Positions 28,186 to 41,629 are shown, counted from the first letter of the stretch. The stretch: 64,000 nucleotides of DNA from Octopus vulgaris (GCA_951406725.2 OX597820.1:82088001-82152000), one strand, 5' to 3'. Translations and numbers: made by a program. Notes: generated from the sequence alone by a model not told the origin.

Positions 28186-28838
28186 ACGTAATATTTGTGT
28201 GGGGAATGCTGTCGTCCTGTCTGGGTATTGGCACCGCAGCAGGGGGGGTATCTTTGTGGGGGTTGGTGCATGTGTGGGAATGGGGGTATTTTTTGTGTTT
28301 GAAGGGCCTGGTGTCTGCGCTTTGAAGGGCCTGGTGTTTCCTGGCGTGCTAACGGTTCTGCCAGCTCACCGCGTTTGGAATCTCATATATCAAAAAAGGA
28401 TTTGGCTAAGTTCTTAACATCTAATGCGACCACTCGCTCCTATACGTACTTCTTCCTTGTAATATTCTTATCTATTCATTTCTCGCATTACCTACTTACC
28501 CTTACCAGTATAAATCTCGAAATTCATTTATACTACAAGATCGTTGTTAATGAACAGCACATGGAATTAATACCTGCATTTGAAATTACAAAGTTCGAAT
28601 TCTTATCGGACTTTACACATCATGGAAAAAAGGACTCTTTACCCATTCTACACAACACATTTTTTGGATAACGGAACAGCAGCTTTAACATCCAACATGT
28701 ATTTTTATTTTCATATTTTCCTTTTATACTCTCTGCATTATATCTAATTTCTTGTATATCTCTCTTTTTCCAGAATAACGTTTAAAAAACAGAAAAACTG
28801 AACTCTACTAATCACTTCTACTGAAGCTCTTTTAACTC

Positions 28839-28884
28839 GATTCTGATGATAGGATATCAATTTCCCTGAAACAGCTGTAAGACC
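28839..28884 (+). ncRNA. Minimal type I hammerhead ribozyme
   Basis: uu-CUGAUGA-uagg...ccu-GAAA-CAGCUG-UA-ag. Helix III palindrome ACAGCUGU, GUA triplet; helix I weak. Confidence 0.68.
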
Positions 28885-29382
28885 ACCTCTCTATTTATAA
28901 ATGTCATAGGAATATCAAATTGCCTTGGCTTTGTTATTTTATGTAGGCATGAGGATAGACACTGCAATGCTGTAGTAAACTGTGAATTCGGATGATCATA
29001 TGTTCTTTAATTCCCTCTAGGTGTTCATTCCTGATCCTCTTTTAATTGGTAAGTCTATCATAGCTGTCCAAGATGTTTGTAGCTTCCACTAGAAAGTAAA
29101 GGCTGAAAATTTTGGTCGTTCATGTTTGATATTTTAGAAGAAAACGCAAGTGTCCCACTTTTTTGGTAGCCTATGGTGTCATCGCTAATATGTTCATAGT
29201 CACTTTCAGAAGTAGGGCGGTATGTCAGTTTTAGGTTAGGTGGTGGATGGATGCTTATAGTGGTGGCAGGACCTTGACTAATTGGAGTGCGTTGATAATG
29301 TACCTGTGTGGCATAACATCAAAGGTTTTTTGATCGTCTCGTGACACCATGGCAAAATTTGTACATTTCTTTATAGCTTTTG

Positions 29383-29439
<57 letters not shown>

Positions 29440-29441
<2 letters not shown>

Positions 29442-29557
29442 CATCTTTTACTTTTTCAGTCTTTAGGCTGTGACCAGGTTGGGACACCACCTAAAAGAAT
29501 TATTTAGCCGAATGAATCTTGGTACTTATTCTATCGGGCTCTTTTAACTAACCGCTA
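29440..29557 (-). mobile_element. SINE family K, 3' fragment
   Basis: gtacttattctatcgg...accgcta matches 61964-62000. Confidence 0.65.
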
Positions 29558-29561
29558 TTTT

Positions 29562-29666
29562 TAACCTGATGAGTGACTATATTTATATCGAAGTGATTTT
29601 ACTAATACTATTAATCTTTTTTACTATTATCATTTCTTAAATATAGCCACGAAACACGTGTCGTTA
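29562..29666 (+). ncRNA. Type I hammerhead ribozyme with a long helix II and loop
   Basis: UAAC-CUGAUGA-GUGACUAUAUUUA(~52 nt)UAAAUAUAGCCAC-GAAA-CACGUG-UC-GUUA: helix II 12/13 bp, helix I 4 bp, palindrome ACACGUGU, canonical GUC. Confidence 0.87.
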
Positions 29667-29813
29667 TTCTACCAAATATATACGTTTTCATTATTATTTT
29701 GCAATTTACTTAATCATCGGTATATTATTATTTTAATATTTCTGTTATATGTAATTTTCTAGACGGTGTAATTTAATTGTTCATTCTGAATATTGATAAA
29801 AGGTGTTTTTTTC

Positions 29814-29849
<36 letters not shown>

Positions 29850-29850
<1 letters not shown>

Positions 29851-30247
29851 TAGCAGTATCGCCCGGCGTTGCTCGGGTTTGTAAGGGAAATAACTATATA
29901 AGCATTTTTAGAGAGATATAGCCAAACAATAGCAAAAAAATGCATTGAAAATGGAAAAAAATGATGGTAAATTTTTTTTTAAATCGTTGACTCATCGTAG
30001 ACATTTTTAGAGAGTTACTTCCCTTATATAATAGCGAAAAAAGGCATTAAAATGGAGAAAAATGATGGTAATTTTTTTTTTTAAATCGTAGACTCATCGT
30101 AGACGCGCGCTAATACCCAGAAGGGCTCGATATGAATCACGACTATAAGATACCCGGTTTTGGTTAAACTGCACCGCAAAATGTGGGAGTAGTTAGGAAT
30201 CTAAATCGTAGGAGACAGACACACAACTTCACTTTTATATATAAAGA
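29850..30247 (-). mobile_element. Non-autonomous Helitron, copy 2 (internal tandem duplication)
   Basis: Same termini as 9749-10142. The catttttagagag...catcgtagac block occurs twice. Confidence 0.88.
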
Positions 30248-31386
30248 TATATATATATATGTGTGTATGTATGTATATATACATGTATGCATGTGTGTAT
30301 GCATACATGAGCGTGTGTATATATACATATATGCCTATGTGTGCATGCACAGACGTAAGCCATATGCCGATGCATGTGCACATGTACACATAGGTGCGGG
30401 CATGGAATGCATTACATATGTGAATCTTATTAGGTGCTGAATTTAGGAAACGTTTTCCATATTTGTACTGTAATTTTACAGTATTTGTAACTGTATTCTT
30501 CATCTGATTCAGTGAGATATTTAATCAGTTCAGCATAATTACTTGTTTTCATTAACATTATGTCGGCATCTGCTGGGCTATTAATTTCAACTACAGTGCA
30601 TAATTTCTTTTCTTTACTCTACTGTCTGATCTGTGGTCCTTGCATTTTATTGAAATCTTGACAGTGACATTCCAACAGTATTTTTTCATATTGTGTATGA
30701 TTATATCCTTTACATTAGGGTAGCTTCGTATATTTATCCCTTCAATTTTATCCTTTCTACAGATCTCATTATATAATGTTCTAATCACGACTTCATGTTT
30801 CATTGTCAACAAATTTTTCACTCCTGTATTGCAAAAATATATCCTTCGAATTTACAATCTCGGTTGCTAATCTGGGGAATGCTCTGGTTATCAATATTGC
30901 TGTCTCTTGAAATCTATCCAGGAATAAAGACACGCATTAACTTTTGCTGTCATGTATGCTGCTTATCACCTGTTACAGTAGAGATTTATGCGAGTGTATG
31001 TCCCTGGTCATCGGTGAAGGAGTACTTTCTGAGAAACTGAGATTCGAAGACAAATATGCTACTCGTTATCATGTATGTCACAGGAAAAAACTTCTCCATT
31101 TTACGACGATAATGTGCTCAAAAAACCGGCGCAGGAAATTCTTAAACACCGGCGTTTTGATATTTTGTGCCACGTCAGTCAGAAATACACGACACATGTC
31201 GGATCACCAATAAGCTGATGTGTTATGAGCGCATTATCGTTGTAAAGGGGAGAATTTTTCTCTACATATTTGCGTACGAATCTGCCGAGACTTATTGAGA
31301 ATAAATATGCGAATCACCGTTTCAGATTTCGCTGTACACAGCGCAAACAGCAATTTATGTGTGCGTTGTAGTGGTGTGAGCGTGGG

Positions 31387-31418
<32 letters not shown>

Positions 31419-31438
31419 TGCATGCATGTATGCATGTT

Positions 31439-31678
<240 letters not shown>

Positions 31679-31877
31679 TGTGTATTTTCCCTTGTTAACA
31701 ATTAACACGGAAAAAATATATAAATAGTTACCAAGGTACCTGCGTTTAACTCCATTTATATATATATATATATGTATGTATGTGTGTGTGTATGTATGTT
31801 TGTATATACGTAAGTATGGTATCTATGTATGTATAAAGTACAGATATTGATAATAGAGAAAAGATAGATAGATAGAC

Positions 31878-31932
<55 letters not shown>

Positions 31933-31935
31933 TAT

Positions 31936-31978
<43 letters not shown>

Positions 31979-33182
31979 TGTTTCTTTATTAGCCACACAG
32001 GGCTGCACACAGATAGAACAAATTACAAGGTAGAGCTTTTCTTTTGAAGGTTTAAAAAATAAAAATAAAAAAAAAAGGAAAGGGAGGAGTTTCGATCAAA
32101 AGGGATCGTAAAAGGAGAGAAAGAGGACAAAAAAGGGGGGGTTAAAAAAAGGGGGGAGTGGAAAAAAAAATTGATCAATAGGGATCGTTATCACAGAAAT
32201 GTCAATATGAAGTGTAAAGGGGAGGACAGGTGAGGTTTACCCGTGGAAAGAAAAGCCTACGGAAAAGACCACGGTAACCTCGGTCAATGAAGTCACATTT
32301 TATATTTCTTTCTTTTTTTTTTTTTTTTGTAAATAAGCAAATCTCTGTTTTCAATTTCTGGGTTCATAGGATTATGCTCAAGGTGGCTTTGTCATTCATA
32401 CGTGCCATTCTTGCTACATTCACCCATCTTTTTTTAAAACATTCGCTAGACAAAACTTGCCTCTCTACTCTCACTTTCCTTTTCAAGTGGTACTTGAAGA
32501 AGTTGATGAGAGATTGACCAGAGAGGAAAGTGTTTGTCTCCAATCCTTTCAGACGCGTCCACCAGATACATTCTTTCGCCATAGCCACAAGGATGATGAA
32601 AATAGCTCTTCCTTCCCGTTTGAAGGAAGGAGGCGTGACAATATTGACGATAGACTCAGCTGATAAACCGACTCGTCCCACACGTGACAGCAGTTGTTCG
32701 ACATAAGCCCACAGGTCAGAAATTGTTGGACACTGAACGAGTGCGTGCAGAACGGTTTCGTCGCTCTGACCGCATCTCGGGCAGGTCGGCCCCGTGTTTC
32801 TCGAGCCGTGTCTGTAGAGCTTATCCCGAACGGGTAGCGCTTCTCGGTAGCACTGCCAGGCCAGGGATCTCTGGAAGTTGTCCATGGGCCCTGGCCCGAA
32901 AGTCGTCCTGAACAGGCGGGTCAGGTACTCCTCGTCGACGTCCAGGTTCGCCCCGAGCTCGTCGTCGTACCTCCCCTCCACTAAACCCCTATAGAATGCT
33001 TTGGTTGTGTTGAAGTCACTTAAGGTCGACCCAGGACGGCAGAGTTGCTTGAGAGCAACGCGACACTCGCGGTGCCATTCGCCCTTCCTCGGCCTCTTTT
33101 TGATCCACGACTGCAGTTCGGTCATGGATACGAGCTGCGGGAAAGCGTGCCTCACAAACGGCGACCACACCTGTTCACCGTC

Positions 33183-33183
<1 letters not shown>
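31979..33183 (-). mobile_element. Tx1/L1-clade LINE 3' part, copy 1, flanked on both sides by (TATC)n
   Basis: Uninterrupted C-terminal ORF (32364..33183): LAWQCYREALPVRDKL..CPRCGQSDETVLHALVQC (zf-RVT CCHC). 3' UTR ends AATAAAGAAACA then (TATC)n. Confidence 0.9.
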
Positions 33184-33262
<79 letters not shown>

Positions 33263-33310
33263 GGATAGGTGGATGGATGGATGGATGGATGGATGGATAA
33301 ATAGATAGAT

Positions 33311-34068
33311 AAGTTTCTTTATTGGCCACACAGGGCTGCACAGATGGGACAAATTACAAGGTAAAGCTTTTCTTTTGTGGGATGAAAAAAAAACAAAAAA
33401 AACTAAAAAAACAAAAGAAACAAAAAAGAGTGGCGTAGGTTATCGATCAAAAGGGATCGTAAAAGGGGAAAAAAGGGGAAAAAAGGAAAAGAAAAATAAA
33501 AAAGGAAGAAAAAAAGGAAAAAAAGGGGGAGAGGAAAAAAAACGATCAATAGGGATCGTGTATCACAGTGTCATGATGTACGGTGTAAAGGGGAAAGCAG
33601 ATAAGGTTTATCCGTGGGAAGAAAAGCCTACGAAAAAGACCACGGTAACCTCGATCAATATTGTTATATGTTACCACATTTGTTTGCAAGTGGGTAACCC
33701 TCTGTTTTCAATTTCTGGGTTCATAGGATTATGCTCAAGGTGGCTTCGTCATTCATACGTGCCATTCTTGCTACATTCACCCATCTTTTTTTAAAACATT
33801 TGCTAGACAAAACTTGTCTCTCTACTCTCACTTTGCTTTTCAAGTGGTACTTGAAGAAGTTGATGAGAGATTGACCAGAGAGGAAAGTGTTTGTCTCCAA
33901 TCCTTTCAGCCACAAGGATGATGAAAATAGCTCTTCCTTCCCGTTTGAAGGAAGGAGGCGTGACAATATTGACGATAGACTCAGCTGATAAACCGACTCG
34001 TCCCACACGTGACAGCAGTTGTTCGACATAAGCCCACAGGTCGGAAATTGTTGGACACTGCACGAGTG
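33311..34068 (-). mobile_element. Tx1/L1-clade LINE 3' part, copy 2 (3' UTR subfamily b)
   Basis: Coding part near-identical to copy 1 with a small deletion; different 3' UTR; (TATC)n flanks. Confidence 0.9.
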
Positions 34069-34144
34069 GGATAAGTAGATAGATAGATAGATACATACAT
34101 ACATACATACATACTTACATACATAGACAGACAGACAGAAAGAC

Positions 34145-34342
<198 letters not shown>

Positions 34343-34368
34343 TAGATAGATAGATAGATAGATAGATA

Positions 34369-35116
34369 TGTTTCTTTATTAGCCACACAGGGCTGCACAC
34401 AGATAGAACAAATTACAAGGTAGAGCTTTCCTTTTGAAGGTTTTAAAAAAAAAAAAAAAAAAAGGAAGGGGGGGGTTCGATCAAAAGGGATCGTAAAAGG
34501 AGAGAAAGAGGACAAAAAAAGGGGGGTTAAAAAAAGGGGGAGAGGAAGAAAAAAAAATTTGATCAATAGGGATCGTTATCACAGAAATGTCAATATGAAG
34601 TGTAAAGGGGAGGACAGGTGAGGTTTACCCGTGGAAAGAAAAGCCTACGGAAAAGACCACGGTAACCTCGGTCAATGGAGTTACATGTTATATTTCTTTT
34701 TTTTTTTTTTTTTGCGAATAAGCAACTCTCTGTTTTCAATTTCTGGGTTCATAGGATCATGCTCAAGGTGGCTTCGTCATTCATACGTGCCATTCTTGCT
34801 ACATTTTTTAAAACATTCGCTAGACAAAACTTGCCTCTCTACTCTCACTTTCCTTTTCAAGTGGTACTTGAAGAAGTTGTTGAGAGATTGACCAGAGAGG
34901 AAAGTGTTTGTCTCCAATCCTTTCAGACGCGTCCACCAGATACATTCTTTCGCCATAGCCACAAGGATGATGAAAATAGCTCTTCCTTCCCGTTTGAAGG
35001 AAGGAGGCGTGACAATATTGACGATAGACTCAGCTGATAAACCGATTCGTCCCACACGTGACAGCAGTTGTTCGACATAAGCCCACAGGTCGGAAATTGT
35101 TGGACACTGCACGAGT

Positions 35117-35117
<1 letters not shown>
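34369..35117 (-). mobile_element. Tx1/L1-clade LINE 3' part, copy 3 (3' UTR subfamily a)
   Basis: ORF 34777..35112; 3' UTR matches copy 1; (TATC)n flanks. Confidence 0.9.
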
Positions 35118-35213
<96 letters not shown>

Positions 35214-35278
35214 ATAGATATTCTGCTTTTAAGATGAAGCTACACCACTAGCTAAGCGGGCTGGCCATTTACTACATA

Positions 35279-35664
35279 TTGACCAAGGTTACCGTGGTCT
35301 TTTTCGTAGGCTTTTCTTCCCACGGATAAACCTTACTTGCTTTCCCCTTTACACCATACATCATGACTGTGATACACGATCCCTATTGATCGTTTTCTTT
35401 TCCTCTTCCCCTTTTTTCCTCTTTTTTTCTTCTTTTTTCATTTTTCTTTTCCTTTGTTCCTTTTCCCTTTTTTCTTTTTTTCTTTTCCTTTTTTTTTGTT
35501 CTTTTTCCCTTTTACGATCCCTTTTGATCGAAAACCTACGCCACCCTTTTTTTTATTCTTTGGTTTTTTGTTGTTGTTTTTTTTTTCATCCCCCAAAAGA
35601 AAAGCTCTACCTTGTAACTTATCCCATCTGTGTGCAGCCCTGTGTGGCCAATAAAGAAACTTAT
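35279..35664 (+). mobile_element. Tx1/L1-clade LINE 3' UTR, copy 4 (subfamily b, opposite orientation)
   Basis: Reverse complement of 33311-33660. Ends ccaataaagaaacttat with no (TATC)n tail. Confidence 0.85.
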
Positions 35665-35945
35665 TACCTCTTCAAGCGTCCAATCTCTAGCGAATACCCT
35701 CACAGAGGGAAGAGTAAAATAACATTCTGCTTCATAAAAAAGGGCGGTGGAGAAGATTTAAAAGACCATCGCCTCATATGCTTTTGTCCCGTCTGCTTAC
35801 AAAGGTCATAATCACCTCGATGACCAACAACCGAGAGAGCAAGCAAGTTTTCATTAGAATTATAGTACAATAGATTACATATTTATTCTGACATATCTCT
35901 CTTCGAATGCACTTTCGTAATGATACTCTTAGCACGGATATTTTC

Positions 35946-36254
35946 ATAGCTCTTTTGTTCCTTCTCGAGCCTCACCTGGCTTATAAGGGCCGGTTTTCCG
36001 GTTTCCTTGGCGTATATGTTTCCCACCTGGACGGGACGCCGGTCCGTCGCAGGTGAGCTGCAAGATGCAGGAGGAAAGAGTGAGAGAAACTTGTGGCGAA
36101 AGAGTCAGCAGAAGTTCGCCATTACCTTCTGCCGGACCTGCGTGAAGCTTAGGTGTTTCGCTCATAAACACACACATCGCCCGGTCTGAAATTCGAACCC
36201 ACGATCCTTCGACTGTGAGTCCGCTGCTCTAACCACTAGGCCATGTGCCTCCAC
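35946..36254 (-). mobile_element. tRNA-derived SINE (family R-like head, tail type 3)
   Basis: Minus strand gtggaggcacatggcctagtggttagagc...ggttcgaatttc (A and B boxes); tail contains catatacgccaaggaaaccgg. Confidence 0.82.
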
Positions 36255-36255
36255 T

Positions 36256-36503
36256 AAATAAATGCGCCCTTTTTAAAGCCTAGCCAGGCTCATGAGCCGG
36301 GTTTCCCGGTTTCTATGGCGTATATGATCTCCAGCTGGACGGTCCATCGCAGCGTTACTCATTTTTGCCTGCTGAGTGGACTGGAGCAATGTGAAATAAA
36401 GTATTTTGCTCAAGAACACAACGCGTCACCCGATCCAGGAATCGGAACCACAATCTTACGATCATGGTGCTGACACCCTAACCCCTAAGCCACGCGCCTC
36501 CAC
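36256..36503 (-). mobile_element. tRNA-derived SINE (related head, tail similar to type 3)
   Basis: Minus strand gtggaggcgcgtggcttaggggttagg...ggttccgattcc; tail contains catatacgccatagaaaccggg. Confidence 0.8.
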
Positions 36504-36544
36504 TCATGGCTCTTTTGAGTCGTAACGTATAAGAGCTCGGGTAG

Positions 36545-37330
36545 GATGATGCTTTTAAAGAGTTTGATTACGAAAAAGCCTTCGATTGTGTCGAGATGAA
36601 CTCAGTGTTGAAATCTCTGGAAATGTAAGGTATCGAGGGGCAATGCATCAAACTGCGCAGAGATACCAAGTCTGGATACACAACAGATATAGCTCTACTA
36701 TCACCACCTGTAAAAATCCCTATTGAGAAGGGTGTCAAACAAGTAGGTACCATCCTTCCAAATCTCTTTACTGCATATCTAAAAATGGTGGAGCATATCG
36801 ACTGAACACGTGGCATGAACATCGATGGCGTGCAACTTACACACCTCCACTTCGCAGATGATATTGTACTCGTCGCTGAAACCATAGACCAGCTGCAGAC
36901 TATACTGACATAGGTTAACACTCAGAGTTAGAATGAGGTTCTTAAAATGAAACATGAAAACAAAATATATGCAGTCGGAAGATGAAAGACAGAGCCGAAT
37001 AGAGTTGGGAAGCGATAAAATCGAGGAAGTAATAGAGTAAGTCTACTGAAGGCACACACTGAATGTGCGCCGAGATATGGACGCTGACATCACAGAGATT
37101 AAGGGTAGGATGGAAGGCATTTAAACAATGGTTTCCAAACAAAATATAGACAACTCCATACATGCCAGATTCTTTAAGAGCACCGTTCTACCTGTGAACT
37201 TATATGTTACAACTCAAAAGGGTCATGGAAAACTCCACGCTAGGAGTATCATTACGAGAGCACATTCAAAATGAGATAATTCGAGAACGGAGCGGAGTGA
37301 ATGATGTGATCGCAAAGTACCGAAACACAA
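36545..37330 (+). mobile_element. Decayed RTE-clade LINE reverse transcriptase fragment
   Basis: Plus strand FDYEKAFDCVE..., IPIEKGVKQVGTILPNLF, NIDGVQLTHLHFADDIVL; internal stops. Confidence 0.85.
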
Positions 37331-38039
37331 GTTGAACCCTGCAGTTTAAACCATAATTAATTAAGAATTAAATGTGAATTACGCCTAAAAATATATATAT
37401 AAATGAAAAATATATACGAATGGGAAAATATATACGAATGCAGAAAAAATATATACTAATGAGAAGAACATATAAAATTAGAAGAATAAAAATTAAAAAG
37501 ATATATATTTCCAAATGAAGAGGATGATTAAGAAACGAATGGAAACTAATACGAATGACAAAAATTCAGGTGAATGTTACGCGTAAAATACGAATGAAGA
37601 TATGAAAAGATATGAAAAAATATATGGAAAAAATATAAAGGGAAAACATTTAAAAATGAAAAAATGAAAGAATTATATATACAGGAATTAATTTATATAT
37701 TAATATAATTAGAATTAATATACTAATCTTAATTTAAAATGTAAAAGTTAAAATGTAAAAGAGGAATATTTTCCATCTACCCCTGGATATCATAGCGCTA
37801 AATTGAACTAGTTCCAATTTACACTGCAAGGTTCTATGAAAGTATTTATAATCATACATACTGTTTCATTTAAACTATTACGTTATTAGCATATTACTGG
37901 CAGTGGGACAGGAAATAAATGAATTATGGGAACCATCCATCCTTTCATTTTTATTCACCCACCCTCCCCACCAGCGCACAACCATTACTCCTCACACTCA
38001 AATAGTAAGTTAAATTTAAATAATAGTATCTAATAGTAA

Positions 38040-38900
38040 TTTCTAACAATTAATTTATGTTTATTTGCTTGAGGGTTAGATTTTATTAATTAACCACATC
38101 AGTTTGTGTTTACATTTAATTTTTCTTTCTCCGTGAATTCATGGGTACACAACAAACATAGTCTATTCCCATTTCTATACGATTTGGTTTTTCTTGTTAT
38201 CTCGCACTTTAGTTTATATTTAATTTCTTTCAATTTTAAACTCCAGATGTGTTTACTCAAACCTGTCGAGTTCATTAATTTCTTATTTTTGAATGAATTC
38301 ACATGATGTGCTATTCGTTGTTTAATATTATTCGATGTCGAACCAATATATGTTCTATCTGAGTTTCTTTCAATATTCATATTATTTATTTCACTTAGTT
38401 CATTCTTATCTTCGTTTACAGAAACCACACATTTATATACTACATCAGTTAAATTACATCTACCTTTAAATTTACAGTAATTTTTATCCCTACAATTGCA
38501 ACTTTTTAAGTCTCTAACTTTATCATTAGGATACTTATTTAATTTATCATAGTAATATTTATTCAACTTATGTTTACTAAGTGATGAAATAATGTTCCCT
38601 ACGTTGTTGGTAGTAGAATATCCCACTCCTATATTATTTTTAGAGAATAAGTCCATATATTTCTTATATTCTATAATAAATGATTCTATTGTTTCAGTGA
38701 TTTATTTTATAATATTACTTTTAACTTGATTCCCATAAGGAGCTATCAACCATGTTATTTTAGTTTTATTTTTGTTTATATAATTTTTCTTCGTATCTTT
38801 AATTACGCAATTTTTGTTATAATCATCTTTATTATTTATAATTGGGTCTAAATTATACTTTTCGTTTAATCTTAAATATTTCTCCATTATTCCCATTCTA
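38040..38900 (-). mobile_element. Penelope-like element, GIY-YIG endonuclease region
   Basis: ORF 38702: KITWLIAPYGNQVKSNI. ORF 38099: SCNCRDKNYC..VVYKC..TYIGST...KQRIAHHVNSF..STGLSKHIW..CLLCTHE. Confidence 0.9.
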
Positions 38901-39043
38901 TCCTTATTCTTTATTCTATTTATATTTTTTATGTGTTTTATATTCGTTGAGCATGAATAGTAAGTATTAAATATAATATTCTATGACATGGTTGAATTTT
39001 ATTGGGATTTCTGTCTCTAATGATACTTTGATATATATGTGTA

Positions 39044-39129
<86 letters not shown>

Positions 39130-39571
39130 CGTATGTGTGTACGTGTGTGTAGGAATGTGAGTGTGAATACGTGCGTACTAATTGTACATGAGTGGGATAG
39201 AATAAGACAAAAAGTTGATGGTGATTTTATGATTTTCTTATGAGCTGAGGTTTGTCTCTCTTTATCTCATTCAAGTGGCAAAATATCTGTTTAGTTCTGA
39301 TCACCTTTAATTCAAACTTAAGGATGCCGTACGTCTCTGATTCATATACATTCTCAACGCCAATAAAAGCTATAAACCAATAAGTGAATTTAAATAATAT
39401 AGTCCTATATTGAATAATATAGACTCTTTCCTTCTTGCATACCCATTCAAGCCGCACCTTATATTTCTATAAATGTGAATGTTATTTTTTAAAGAACCAG
39501 TCATTCAATGATATTGTATTCATCGTGTTCGATGTATGAAATCTCACCTATTTCACATTTTACCTGTTGAA

Positions 39572-39660
39572 AATTTTACCTGAAGATGGTGGGTTGTATG
39601 TTATGATGTTATCTATGAATACATCAATGAAATTCTACCGAAACAATTGTCACAAATTTT
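39572..39660 (+). ncRNA. Type I hammerhead ribozyme (helix I partly eroded)
   Basis: CUGAAGA-U-GGUGGG(long loop)UCUACC-GAAA-CAAUUG-UC. Palindrome ACAAUUGU, GUC triplet. Confidence 0.72.
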
Positions 39661-40514
39661 AAATGTCATTCGTATTCCCTTAATGAGTGTGCGTGTGTGT
39701 ATGTGTGTGTGTATACATATATATATATATATATATAATCAAATCGAATAATCGAACATTAAAAATAACAATAACAAAAAGAGGACGTACACATGGAATA
39801 TATTAGTGTGATGCTTATTGTTTTGTTAATGTTACTTTTTAATGTTCGATTATTCGATTTGCCTGTATACAGCATGCTTACACGGAACCTCTACGTCCTT
39901 CCAACCGATTTGGAGTATCTGATTCATGGGTGTTCTTACTCTATCACTGGATTAAGTCCTTCGGAATACGTTTCTTTTTTCATAACTTTCAGAAAAATGG
40001 ATATTTTTCAATGAAATTTTCTACAAATGCGCTTCAGATCGTTTAGACATGGTGTAGATTGGAGTATATTGGAATTGGTTCTGATTATAATGTTGGGGGT
40101 GGGGAATGCGATGAGCATCTGTATGTATGTGTGCTATCTCACCAGCTTTTGTTTGTGTATCAGTTTCTAATATAATCGTAATCTATACACTCTTAAAAAA
40201 TATTTGTCGAAATCTTAAAAAATAACTTCTTTCCCGAAAGTTATGAGGAAACAAAGTCGACCCATGTGAATTTTCTGAGTTTTCCAACATATTTCAAATA
40301 TAATCGGAATCAACACCACTTGAAGCATATTTATAGAAAATTATATGTAGAAAATTTTTGTAGAACTTCAGCTGAAACGAATTCAGTGGAACATATTTGC
40401 TTTAACATATACACAATACTAACATTACATTTCTATTATACCTCTATATATCACCTTGCGTCGCTTGACTATCATTTTGTATATATCAGTATTTAATTAT
40501 ATAACTGCATGTTA

Positions 40515-41355
40515 TATTTTCGAAACATATTTGGGGAAAATTTTCTGTGAAAATTTTCGAAATATTTTTGGGGAAAATTTTCTGTAAAAATTTTCGAAAA
40601 ATATTTGGGTAAAATTTTCGGTGAAAATTTTCGGAAAATTTTTGGGGAAAATTTTCGAAAAATTTTTGGGTGAAAATTTTCGAAAAAATTTTTGGGAAAA
40701 TTTTTGGGAAAATTTTCGACAAATTTTTGATGCAAACATACTTCTTTCATTCGGTTTGCATCAAAAATTTGTCGAAAATTTTCCCAAAAATTTTCCCCAA
40801 ACTTTTTTCGAAAATTTTCAAAAAATTTTTCGAAAATTTTCCAAACATTTTCCGAAAATTTTCACGGAAAATTTTACCCAAAAATTTTTCGAAAATTTTT
40901 ACAGAAAATTTTCCCAAAAAATATTTCGAAAATTTTCACAGAAAATTTTCCCCAAAAAATTTTCAAAAATTTTCCCAAAAATTTTGGGTAAAGTTTTCGG
41001 TGAAAATTTTCAAAAAATCTTTTGGGGAAAATTTTCACTGAAATTTTGAAAAATTTTCGGAAAAATTTTCGAAAAGTTTTTGGGTAAAATTTTCGAAAAA
41101 TTTCTTGGTAAAATTTTCAGTGAAAATTTTCGAAAAATCACAGCGGTGCCAAATCACAAAGTATGGAAGGCCAGCGGTGCCAAAATCCAAGTATGGAAGG
41201 CCATTGGGCAAAATCACAAGTATGCGGTGCCAAAATCACAAAGTATGGAAAAATTTTTGGAGAAAATTTTCTAAAAATTTTGGGAAAATTTTCGGTGAAA
41301 ATTTTCGAAAAATTTTTGGGGAAAATTTTCGGTGAAAATTTTCGAAAAATTTTTG
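40515..41355. repeat. GAAAATTTTC satellite with a ~220-bp inverted repeat (foldback) and internal ~27-bp direct repeats
   Basis: Arms ~40515-40737 and 40754-40975 surround a 16-nt spacer. Variants of gcggtgccaaaatcacaaagtatggaa occur 3-4 times at 41135-41250. Confidence 0.9.
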
Positions 41356-41374
41356 AAGAGACATAAACATAAAT

Positions 41375-41505
41375 AGGAAGAAAGAAAAGTCGAGAGATTT
41401 GGGATGTAAAGCAGTTCTGGTCGATGAAAAAGGAAGCAGTAGTACCAATACTTGTCGGAGCCTTGTGAACAGTGAGTAAAGATCTCTAGAAGTATGTGGA
41501 ACAAA
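41375..41505 (+). mobile_element. R4/Dong-like LINE RLE C-terminal fragment
   Basis: VKQFWSMKKEAVVPILVGAL*TVSKDL, followed by (TAA)n. Confidence 0.65.
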
Positions 41506-41579
41506 TAATAATAATTCTTACTATTATTAATATTATTATTATTATATTATTATATTATTATTATTATTATTATTATTAT

Positions 41580-41629
<50 letters not shown>

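Noticed and set aside
41135-41250. CRISPR-like repeat array (also 61160-61510)
   Set aside because: No unique spacers of constant length, no cas genes, eukaryotic context.
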